From: a virus
Virus record (IMG/VR): IMGVR_UViG_3300045988_099631
Location: 48,492-112,491 of that record
Strand: one strand, 5' to 3'
Length of the DNA stretch: 64,000 bases
A model generated the notes under the pieces. It had not been told where the DNA came from, searched no databases, and saw only the letters and a list, made by a program, of their open reading frames with translations. Shown piece after piece: positions 47,921-57,600 of this stretch. The translations under genes were made by a program, and so were the position numbers. How positions within the stretch are numbered: position 1 is the stretch's first letter; every line of letters begins with the position of its first letter.

Positions 47921-50884
47921 TCATTCCGGCCAACTTGTAATTGTCGCGTTTGGGAAATCTACAACCGATACTGCGTTAATGGTCATTGTTCCATTGGTTG
48001 CAAGTGGCCGAGTGTAGCCTTGAATCAGATGTCGTTCGACCGGAGAACCTGGTTTGTCTGTCCGGACGATTTCAACAAGGTTATTCTCCGAGATGTGCAT
48101 CATCTGTATGCAAGAAATTGATACTGCCTTTTGTAAAACTGTTGCGCGTTTCAATTTCCACTCTGCCAAGTCACGGCACTGCGTTGTTGTGTAATACCCG
48201 GAAGCGGTTTCTCTGTACGTCTTTCTGCCTATGATATTAACGTTTGTATCACTTGCTGGGTCGAGATTCTGCGCACGTCCGGCAGCTTGCGGATTGTCAT
48301 CTTGCTTTTCTCCGAGAACAATATAGTCGTTGAACACTTCGGTGTTTTTTATCGTGTATGTTGTTCCAAGAAGTTGTGCTTCATCTTGTGAAAACCTCCA
48401 CAAAACAGGCTTGTTTGAATCCACAATATCATCTTGCGATGGGTCAATGCGGAGTGCTCCCGTTTGGTCATAACCAATCCAAGCGTTCACCATTTCTGAA
48501 AGCCCAAGGCATACGTCAGCGAATGTACCATCGTCACTGTCTACCCGAAGCGTATAGGGAGAATCCGTCAAGTTTGCTGTCGTTCCGTCCGGCAATGCTT
48601 GCGTTTTCCCTTTGTAATAGCTGGTAAATACGGGTGGAACATGGTCAACCAGATATCCGTTTCCCCTATCAAACTGCAAGATGGCTTCTATTGGCTTAAA
48701 GATATTTGTCCCAACTGGAACCTCGTATGTCGATTCAAGCCTTCCAAACAAGCTTCCATCAAGGTATGCCCACTTGTCAACCAGTGGAAGAGAAACCGTC
48801 CGGATAATTGGGTTGCGCGTTTCCTGCGGCTCCGCAATATAAAACACCCCCTGCTGGATGTAATACTCTGAACCGTCAGAGAGAACCAGCCCTTCATCAA
48901 TGGCGATTTGCTGCCCGAACCAGATGTTATTGACGTTGTAATCATATTCAGCGTCAACGTTGGAGAGCGTAACGTTTGCCGTTCTGCGTTGTCCATTCTG
49001 CAAATTACATGTGATGGTTCCGTCTTGGATAAACGTTCCACTTCGTTTGTTTCCTGGATTATTATCGATTGCAAACGCCGTGCTTCCGTCCGGTTGAAGG
49101 AAACGAAGTCTGCACAGTTTTGTAAATGATGTGCGGAGTTGGCTCATGTAGTCGTTCATGCGCCATGAAGATTCCATCATTGAACCCGGTTGAATGACCT
49201 GCTGTGGGCCCCATGTTGGGTATAGCGTAACTGCTGCATCCTCCGTATACAATCCACCGAGAGCATATACAGCTCCCCCACCTGTAGAAGTGGCCCATGC
49301 AGATTGCGCGTATCCAACTTTTGTGAAGAGTGCTCCTTCCAGAGAAAGAGGAACGCCTTTCACTTTTATTGCTGTTAGCACTGAACCGGTTCCATCGTTT
49401 CCGGGAGAATACGTTACGGGATACGTTTTCGACGGGTCTATCGTATTTTCTTTCCAGAACGGGTATAGCGTGATATCGGCATCTTGTGTGTACTGCCCGC
49501 CAAGCGCGTATGATTTTGCTCCGCCATCCGCAGTAGACCATCCGGTTTGCGTGTATCCTTCTCTTGTGAAAATAGCACCTTTCAGCGTAACTGCCGTACC
49601 GGCCGTCTTCTGCTGCGTTTGGTTTTCTCCAGTTCCATAGGCACCATGCAGGTATGAAATTGTGAACGTGGAACCAGCGGTCTTCGTTGCTTTTGCAATA
49701 AGGGTTATCGGTGCGGTGATGTCTGAGAACGTGTAAGTTTGGCTGCTTGAAACTTTCTGACCGTTACTATCGTACCAGCCGTCAAATTCAATAGTGGAAC
49801 CTGCTTCTGTTTCAAGCGTGCAGCTCACCGTTGCTGTGATTTGGGTCGTTCCGTCGTAGAAAATATATGGAAGACCCTTAACATCTTGACTCACAGACGC
49901 AACATTATCTGCTGCTACGACCGCTATTTCATATTTGTACCACTCGGCATACAGTGTCCAGTCGAACGTTTGGACATTAAACGGGGAACCCGGCGCAATG
50001 CCAAACGGCCCGCCACCTGCATTATCGACTGCCCACCATACGGATGCTGTATACCCGCTCCTTGAGGGTATCGTTTCGCTGACTATAACTTCTCCGTAGT
50101 CATATACGGTCTGCGAAGATGGTGTCGGGTAGCCACCATTCGCGTTATATGAAACTGTATGCCGCTGTAGTGGTTCCCACTGGGCTATGGCACTGGCATT
50201 CGAGTTTCCAACCTGAATTGTACCGCCAGGTTCTACATATCCAAGGGAAGTCCCGTATCCCTGAAAAATTTCCCATTTTACAAATCGGTATCCGGTTCTT
50301 TCTGGGATGTCGGTTGTTACAGTGATATAAGGCCCGTTTGCATCATATGTGAATGTTTCCTGCATCCATGGTTTAGAACTTCCACTTGTGTTGTAGTAGC
50401 TGAGTGTATAAGTTACTTCCTGCCACACGCAGTACAAATTCCAGTTTTGGTACATCCGAATACCCATGCCAACGTTAAACTGCGCTGACGTGGAATCCGA
50501 GTTAGTGCTATAGCCAAGGAGTTTGCTGGAGTATTTCCAAAAACCATCAGACGGGAGTGTATAGACACTGTTATATGCAGCCGTGTCATAGAAACTGCCT
50601 GTGCCGCCGTTCGCATCTATTTGAATCGAATAACCGGAATTGAAAGACAGCGGCCCCCAATAGGTTATGCCATCAATGTCATGGGCAAAGATCTCATACG
50701 GCTTTCCTCCAAGTTCAAGCCCAGTGATTGTCGCCTCAAAGAAATTTGTGGCATCAGTTGAAGTGATTTCTGCAATAACCGAGTTGTTAGAACGCAACTG
50801 ATATAAAATTTCAGTTGGAGCAGATGGGGTTGTCAGATTGACCGTAATAGCCTGTGCTTCGAGATTTACAATGTTTAATCCCAT
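47921..50884 (-). CDS. tail/baseplate protein with N-terminal Listeria-Bacteroides (InlB B-type) repeats
   Basis: 987 aa. Repeats such as HTVSYNANGGYPTP..GYTASVWW, FTISYLHGAYGTGEN..REGYTQTGWSTADGG..YPFW and YPVTYSPGNDGTG..KVGYAQSAWAT..LYPTW. The C-terminal half resembles a tail hub / Tal protein. Confidence 0.8.
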   Translation of the reverse strand: MGLNIVNLEAQAITVNLTTPSAPTEILYQLRSNNSVIAEITSTDATNFFEATITGLELGGKPYEIFAHDIDGITYWGPLSFNSGYSIQIDANGGTGSFYDTAAYNSVYTLPSDGFWKYSSKLLGYSTNSDSTSAQFNVGMGIRMYQNWNLYCVWQEVTYTLSYYNTSGSSKPWMQETFTYDANGPYITVTTDIPERTGYRFVKWEIFQGYGTSLGYVEPGGTIQVGNSNASAIAQWEPLQRHTVSYNANGGYPTPSSQTVYDYGEVIVSETIPSRSGYTASVWWAVDNAGGGPFGIAPGSPFNVQTFDWTLYAEWYKYEIAVVAADNVASVSQDVKGLPYIFYDGTTQITATVSCTLETEAGSTIEFDGWYDSNGQKVSSSQTYTFSDITAPITLIAKATKTAGSTFTISYLHGAYGTGENQTQQKTAGTAVTLKGAIFTREGYTQTGWSTADGGAKSYALGGQYTQDADITLYPFWKENTIDPSKTYPVTYSPGNDGTGSVLTAIKVKGVPLSLEGALFTKVGYAQSAWATSTGGGAVYALGGLYTEDAAVTLYPTWGPQQVIQPGSMMESSWRMNDYMSQLRTSFTKLCRLRFLQPDGSTAFAIDNNPGNKRSGTFIQDGTITCNLQNGQRRTANVTLSNVDAEYDYNVNNIWFGQQIAIDEGLVLSDGSEYYIQQGVFYIAEPQETRNPIIRTVSLPLVDKWAYLDGSLFGRLESTYEVPVGTNIFKPIEAILQFDRGNGYLVDHVPPVFTSYYKGKTQALPDGTTANLTDSPYTLRVDSDDGTFADVCLGLSEMVNAWIGYDQTGALRIDPSQDDIVDSNKPVLWRFSQDEAQLLGTTYTIKNTEVFNDYIVLGEKQDDNPQAAGRAQNLDPASDTNVNIIGRKTYRETASGYYTTTQCRDLAEWKLKRATVLQKAVSISCIQMMHISENNLVEIVRTDKPGSPVERHLIQGYTRPLATNGTMTINAVSVVDFPNATITSWPE

Positions 50885-50902
50885 AGCCGAATCTCCTCTC
50901 TG

Positions 50903-53900
50903 TTAAAGGGGCCACGCTACATCATTCTCCGTGATGATAATTCGTGCGTCTGACGCATCCCCAATTTCTACCCATGGAAGTTTTATGGTTTGCGCCTGCG
51001 CCGCAGAATTATCCATCGTTCCGGACTCGATTGCTCCGCTGACTCTGATCTTCATCAAATCGCCTTTTCTGCTTTTCAGAAATAGCGTGTTCTGTGTGGT
51101 AGACAAGTCCATGATTTCGTTTCTTTCCGAAACAGTGTCGGAATATACGCCATTAGAAATCGTACCAATCAGGCTGGTCAACGTGCCAGTTTTGTAGTTG
51201 AACGGGGATGGTTGAACAGTCGGGTATCTTGTGAAGTTCTGTAAAATCTGCGGTGCATTGTTGTTACTGATATCCCCGCTTGACAGATTTTTCCCAAATG
51301 CAAATATCTTTTGTGGGTGATAGACCCCATCTGAATCTTCCGTACAAGATAGAATTGCCCAGTTCCACACGCATATCTGCGTAACATCGCTCGTAATTGC
51401 AGAAGACTGATCAAAATCTGAGAGTCCGAAAGCCGTGTACCGATATTGAACTCCATTTCTTGCGCTTGCATCAATAAACGAATGCACATCCGTCGCACTT
51501 GAGTTAAAGATATGCTCTGTAATGGACGCATCGGTTTGATCTCGATATACTGAAAGCTGAGAAAAATAGCTTTTCCCAAATGTGTCACCGTTCAAATCAG
51601 ATGTGAAATCGGCATAGAACTGCCTTGGGATGTCATAGGGATGATATGGGTTTGACCAATTTTCAAACTTATGCTTTGTTTCTTCGCTCATGTGTCCCTT
51701 GCTCACGAAAATATAGTCAATGTTCACGGCTCCACCAGCGGTGATCGACGTTACCTCTGCGATTGGAGCGATATTCACAGATGACGCATTAGCCGTTGTT
51801 TTGCCGTCGGTTGTCCATGAAAGGCCAAGAACATTTTGTTCTCCGTCAATGATGAAGGCCCATTGCTGCATATACGGAATTGACGCAATGTTCTGACTTC
51901 CATTATTCGTAAGGATATCCACCGTAGCTGTTACAGATCCGGAAAGCATGACATCAGACGTATTGCCGATGGCGAGGAATTTCCCTCCTCCAAAGCAGCA
52001 CGCACTATATTCCCATGTGGTGGAATCCACGATGACATCCCATGTGTGTCCATCCACCGATTTGACAACACCTGCGGCCGTAGTAGCAATAAATCTACCA
52101 TCACCGAAGCACGTTCCAAGTCCCTCTGTCCGTCCGGAAGGAATACTTGCGGTTGACCACGTTTTACCATCGGAACTATAAACACTGTAAGAAAATAGTC
52201 CCGATGCGATAAAAACTCCGTTTCCAAACGCTACACTGCGCCACGAACCTTGAGGCATGGGCGTATAGCTCCAATTTAATCCATCGTAGGAGTACACAGC
52301 ATAGTTGGGCTTTACGCAAACATACATTCCGTTTCCGTATGTGATCGACGTAATCATGTATCCATTACCAGATGGAACGTTGCATTTTTCCCATATAACA
52401 CCATCGGAAGACCGGTATATACCCGTGCCGACTGCGTAGAACTTGCCGTTCAAGAACCGCACACATTGAAAGGTATTTCCTGTGGAAGATGTAGTAGTCC
52501 AGTTTATTGCATCTGTAGACGTTGCAAAGTAGTCCTGACCGGTTGCTAAGAAAATGCCATTTCCGTAACAAACGCTATACCAGCGCGTTACACTTTCATG
52601 GATTGCGGAAGCTGTCCAGCTTTCTCCCGTTATAGAGTGAGCTGCCATATTGCTGTCTGTTGCGACCGCGACGTACTTTCCAGCCCCGTAACATACATCT
52701 CTCCAATTTGACTTGCTTGGCATGATGTTTTCAAACGCATTGAATTCCACATTTGATGTTACGTTGGTCGTTAGCACCGCCTCTTGTGTTACAAGTTCAT
52801 TCCTACCAGCGTAGACGGCCGTTGCTCCAGAATTCTCACCTTCTCCAACAAGAAAAACACAGTTTGTTCCTTCAAATAAGAATGCGTTGTTTAATGACGT
52901 ACCCAACGGGAAAACACTCCACGTTTTTCCGTAATCAGAACTGTACGCGTAGTTGCCGGTTCCATTTCCTGTTGCATACAAGTGTCCGGTTGGGTCGCCA
53001 CAGATAGACCTAGTTCCATTTTCAAACTCGGATATATACGAAAGTATATTCCACTGAGTCCCATCTGAGCTGGAAAGTATACTGTTATCATCCAATCGTG
53101 CCGCGTAAAACTTCCCATTGAAGAATGTAATAGAACTGAGTGAACCATGCCCTGACGTTGAAAGAGTCCATGTCTTTCCGTCAGACGAAGCGTATAAATT
53201 GCCTGTTTCAGTCCCGACTACATATTTAGGCGTTCCATCAACTTCTCCAAACGCAATCGCAGTTGGAGTACCGCTAAATGGAGCGGTTGATTGTACCCAA
53301 CCAGTTCCATCAGATGTGTTTCGTGTATAAACGGCGCCCTCACCTGCTGCGACAAATAGGTGATTACCGAAACAAATTACAGAAAGGCCAACAGTTGCCG
53401 TTGTAACTGCCCATGTGTTTATAGTATTGGCATGGGCTAGTTCTTTGCTGCCTTTCGACACAGCGGCATATGTGTAATCTCCATATGCAATTCCACACCA
53501 GTCAGCGTTTTTTGTGTCAAGAACGTTTCCAAAGTAAGTCCATGTCTGCAAATTATAGCTGTACCACATGCGGCCATTTCCTAAGAGAATTGTATAGATC
53601 TGTGAAATTTGGTTTGCGCAGACGCATGCCGCTCCATAGGTTCCAAATGGGTATCCGCTTATTCCGCCGGTTACTTGTGTGGGGTTGAACCCATCAACAG
53701 ACGTATTGCACTTGATTGAAAGTATATCTCCTTCAGGGAGGCCCTTCCCTCGCCAGCAGATGTCAAACGGTTGCTTTATCGAAAGTGGCGTACCATCTTC
53801 AACAGACCACTCTACGTTCGCGTTTTCATCAGACGGTATCGTAAGGTAGCTGTCAGAAATCTTGACACCCGTATTTGCGATTCCCGGAACACGCTTGATT

Positions 53901-54652
53901 TCCGGAAGCTTTACAGTGATTCCGTTCCCACGCGTCGATTGGCAAACGGTCAGGTTTGCTTGGATTGGATTGACCGTATACTGAACAGAAACGTAGGCAA
54001 AGCTGGATGTTTCAACCCCGTTTTCTGTTTGAACAAGGCACTCTATCAGATATGTGCGTCCATTCAAAAAACCATCGTATGGGAACGTGAGTTCAGCAGT
54101 ACCATAAATTCTTCCTGTGTCTTCGAGAATGATTTCTTCTTTTCCGTCACTGGAAGAAATCCTCCATCTACACCAGTTGAGTGCATCTCCTTGTTCTTGA
54201 GTATAAGATGCAGTAAAAGTAAATGAGCGTGACTTCAACGGTGTCGGTATCGTGCCGATGGCAAGTGTTGGGTTGCGCCTTGCACGAAACACACTTGCGC
54301 TGGATTGCGTTACGGAATCGTTTTCGTTCCACCATTGCTGAATGACGATTTTGTAGTCGCGCCCATTTTCAATTTTCGCAAGCGTAAGCTGCTGCTGGTA
54401 GATTGTGTAGTGGAACATCTGCACATTTCCGGCATAATCTACTCCATAAAACGGGCATCCATACGTCAGTTTTCCGGTAGAAAACAACTGCGTAGATATT
54501 GCGTTGTTCGCATAAATGGTGATTTGAAACGCAGTCATTGGAGAATTCCCGTTGACTTGCCAACTCACTGTGAGGTCGTTATTTGCATCGATTACGCCGT
54601 TTCCAAGCGCTCCAGTCATGCTGGGATAGATATTCGTCGGCTGATATAACAT
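50903..54652 (-). CDS. giant tail protein with BNR/Asp-box beta-propeller-like repeats
   Basis: 1249 aa, directly downstream of the tape measure. At least 8 Asp-box-like motifs: SSDGKTWT, SSDGTQWN, SSDYGKTWS, STDAINWT, SSDGVIWE, SYDGLNWS, SSDGKTWS, SVDGHTWD. Confidence 0.8.
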   Translation of the reverse strand: MLYQPTNIYPSMTGALGNGVIDANNDLTVSWQVNGNSPMTAFQITIYANNAISTQLFSTGKLTYGCPFYGVDYAGNVQMFHYTIYQQQLTLAKIENGRDYKIVIQQWWNENDSVTQSSASVFRARRNPTLAIGTIPTPLKSRSFTFTASYTQEQGDALNWCRWRISSSDGKEEIILEDTGRIYGTAELTFPYDGFLNGRTYLIECLVQTENGVETSSFAYVSVQYTVNPIQANLTVCQSTRGNGITVKLPEIKRVPGIANTGVKISDSYLTIPSDENANVEWSVEDGTPLSIKQPFDICWRGKGLPEGDILSIKCNTSVDGFNPTQVTGGISGYPFGTYGAACVCANQISQIYTILLGNGRMWYSYNLQTWTYFGNVLDTKNADWCGIAYGDYTYAAVSKGSKELAHANTINTWAVTTATVGLSVICFGNHLFVAAGEGAVYTRNTSDGTGWVQSTAPFSGTPTAIAFGEVDGTPKYVVGTETGNLYASSDGKTWTLSTSGHGSLSSITFFNGKFYAARLDDNSILSSSDGTQWNILSYISEFENGTRSICGDPTGHLYATGNGTGNYAYSSDYGKTWSVFPLGTSLNNAFLFEGTNCVFLVGEGENSGATAVYAGRNELVTQEAVLTTNVTSNVEFNAFENIMPSKSNWRDVCYGAGKYVAVATDSNMAAHSITGESWTASAIHESVTRWYSVCYGNGIFLATGQDYFATSTDAINWTTTSSTGNTFQCVRFLNGKFYAVGTGIYRSSDGVIWEKCNVPSGNGYMITSITYGNGMYVCVKPNYAVYSYDGLNWSYTPMPQGSWRSVAFGNGVFIASGLFSYSVYSSDGKTWSTASIPSGRTEGLGTCFGDGRFIATTAAGVVKSVDGHTWDVIVDSTTWEYSACCFGGGKFLAIGNTSDVMLSGSVTATVDILTNNGSQNIASIPYMQQWAFIIDGEQNVLGLSWTTDGKTTANASSVNIAPIAEVTSITAGGAVNIDYIFVSKGHMSEETKHKFENWSNPYHPYDIPRQFYADFTSDLNGDTFGKSYFSQLSVYRDQTDASITEHIFNSSATDVHSFIDASARNGVQYRYTAFGLSDFDQSSAITSDVTQICVWNWAILSCTEDSDGVYHPQKIFAFGKNLSSGDISNNNAPQILQNFTRYPTVQPSPFNYKTGTLTSLIGTISNGVYSDTVSERNEIMDLSTTQNTLFLKSRKGDLMKIRVSGAIESGTMDNSAAQAQTIKLPWVEIGDASDARIIITENDVAWPL

Positions 54653-54675
54653 TTTGATTCCTCCGTTTGTTCGTG

Positions 54676-57600
54676 TTAGGAGAAGTTTCCAAGATTGTGT
54701 GCGATGTCTGCAAATTGTTTCAACGTCATGCCGCTTGCCTGTGGTTCGTTGATTGTAATGCCGTTGAATTTATACACGTTGCCATTGTTCTGGGTTCCAA
54801 TGCTGTGATTATCATACGAAGCGTTGTGAACGGCATTTGCACCAACGCCATTGCCAGACATCATCCATCTGATGCTGTCCATGTTCTGGCTGAAGTTTCT
54901 GTCCTCAACTGGCGTCAGGACGTGTTTCTTCAACATAGCCGTTACATCCGGTGGGGTGATTCCCTCGTCCTGCATCGTGGCTTTGATACCGCCCATGCCG
55001 CGAAGGATTCCGCCTTGGTCGTAGACCTTGTATGCGATGCCATACTTGTCTGTGATGGATGTTGTTCCGTCCTCGTTTTTCACCCAATGGGAACCATCGC
55101 CACCGTCCAGTTTCTCACCGGCGAGTGCATTGTTCAGGAAATTCAGGCCGTCCGCGCTGGAAATCTTGTAGTCATCGCCCTTTCCGTCCAATCGTTTTGC
55201 AAAGACGGTGCCACTGTATTTGGGGCCAGAAGCCGAGCCACCGGTAGAATCTTCTGTTCCACCAGAACCGCCGTTCGGGTATACCGTGTAGGTAACGCCG
55301 TCCTTATCAACGATTGTGACCGTTCCGTCCGCATTCTTCGTCCATGTGGAGCCATCGCCGCCTGTCATTGTAGAACCGGCAGGCTTATTGTTGATGAAAT
55401 CCAAGCCCTTATCGCTGCCGATTTCGTACTTATCGCCATTCTTGGAGATACCGTACAATTTCTTGGCAGTGTCATTTACGGCGTCGGAAAGCTGCGACAC
55501 ATCGAATCCGAACTGTTTGAAAAGCTCTGCGTTTTCCTTAATGATCTGACGGAGTTCCGGCGTTGCGTTTTTCCAGATGTCTTGCAGGATTTCTCCAATT
55601 CCGCGTGTCTTCTCTTTGAGCGATTTCAGGAAATTGTTGTAGTTCTTTTCAAGCGCATCATACTGGGCGTTTATTGCGTCTTTCTTGGCTTCCAGCTCGG
55701 CCAGTGCAGCTTCGTAAGCCATGTTTGCCTTGAAGTCCTCAAGGTCTTTTTTAGCCTCGCCCAAGGCTTTCTGTGCGCTGTCAACTTCCTTTTGGTCAGC
55801 CACCCATTCCCACTGACCGGTGCGAGCATTATACTGCCGAACTGTACGTTCATTCTGCGCATTTGCAAGCTTAGCCTGCGCCTGTTGGACAGCAAGGATT
55901 TTTTCTTCGAGATCAAGCTGCTCATCACGCGTTTCCTTCTGCTGCTTGAGCGCATCGATCTGCGCGTCAATGGCATCGAGTTCGTTCTGCCGTTGATCTG
56001 AAAGATCGGAAAGCTTATCCGACATAACGCCTTGCAGTTCATTCAGAAGATCGTCCGTGTTCTTGAGTGTCCCGTTTATTTTCTCCTGCCACTCCCACCA
56101 TTCAGCAGAGAGCGCGTTGATGTCTGCTTGGCTGCCGCCGATGGACCGCAGATACTGCGCCTGCGCATGGAGCGCCTGCTGGATCTGCTTCATCTTGGCC
56201 TTCTGCGAATCCTCGCTGGCATTCTGCTTTTCCAGTAAAGTCAGCTCGGATTTCAGCAACTCGACCTTCTGCTTGTGCGCTTCAAGGTTTGCATCGGAGG
56301 AGCTGCCGCCACCACCGGAAGAAGTCTTTGTTTCCGGGATTTTCGACGCAAGTGAGTTCCAATAGTCAATCAGTGCTTGATCGTTGTTTTTGGCTTTTTC
56401 CGCCTGACTCTTGACATATCGCTGCGCTTCTGCCGCAGACATACCGTATTTTTTCTGAGCATCCTCGGCAGTCATACCGGCATCCCGGCCGATGTTGTTC
56501 AGGCTAATGCCTACAATCGCGGATTGCGTCACGCCTGCTTGCAGTGCAAGGGATTGAAGGGCGGCGATTTTGTCTGAAACAGACAGCGCAGTGTTGTTGA
56601 AGATAATCATCTGTGCAACAACACCATCTATAGCATCGTCTGTTACGCCGGACTGCTTCGCTGCATTTTTCAGACCGGTGACGAAACTCCCCATTGCTCC
56701 ACTGGACTTCTTTGTGACACCGATGAGGTCATTCGTCGCGTCAACATCGTCTAAAATTGTTTCTACGAGGTCACGCAGTTTTTTCTCTGATACATCGAGT
56801 TTGCCGTTTTCGTCTGTCAGCGCATTTACATATTGATCGCTCATGGAAATCAGCGACTTCATTGTAGATGCAGAGACTCGGCCATTTTGCTGATACTCGG
56901 CGAGAGCTTGAGACGCAGTCGTCAGGTCGCTTTCCTGCTGTTTCAGCGTCTTTGCGTACTCTTGGAGCGTTTCTACGACTGTTTTTTCGCTTTCCGATGC
57001 ACTGTCTAGCGCGTCTTCGTAATCATTGACAGCTTCTTCGGATTTCAGGTAACTGTCAAGCGTTCCGTCTAGTGCGGCCTTGTGCGCACCTTCCAAATAA
57101 GTTTGATCTTCAACAGCTTCGTTGTATTCTTCAACGGCTTGCTTATATGCTGAAATTACTCTTTCGGCTTCCTTGTACGCGATAGATGATGTATCCCCCT
57201 CGTCAATCATCTTATTTCGCGCGTCAATCCAGCTTTGGTAGTCAGCAAGAATAGATGATGGGTCTTTTAAGTTCCCAGAATCTGCAAGCATTGAACCCCA
57301 TGCTTTTTCGGCTGCAGTTCTAAGACCTTTTTCTGCTGCAGCCGTTGCGGATTTCGCATCATACAATGCGCTCTCAATCTTTGCCGCAGTAGCTTCTTTA
57401 TATGCCCCGCTTAACCCTCCAAGTTCCTTCTTGAGATCGTATACGCTGCTTTTTTCGATTCCGAGTTTGTCAATCAGTCTATCAGAAGCATCAATGAACT
57501 CGGTCTTTGAACCCGTGCCATCTTCAACCGCTTTTCGTAGGTCTTCATAATTCTGATATAAAGATACGATTTCTTTTGCTTCTGTCGTTGAGGCTTCGCC

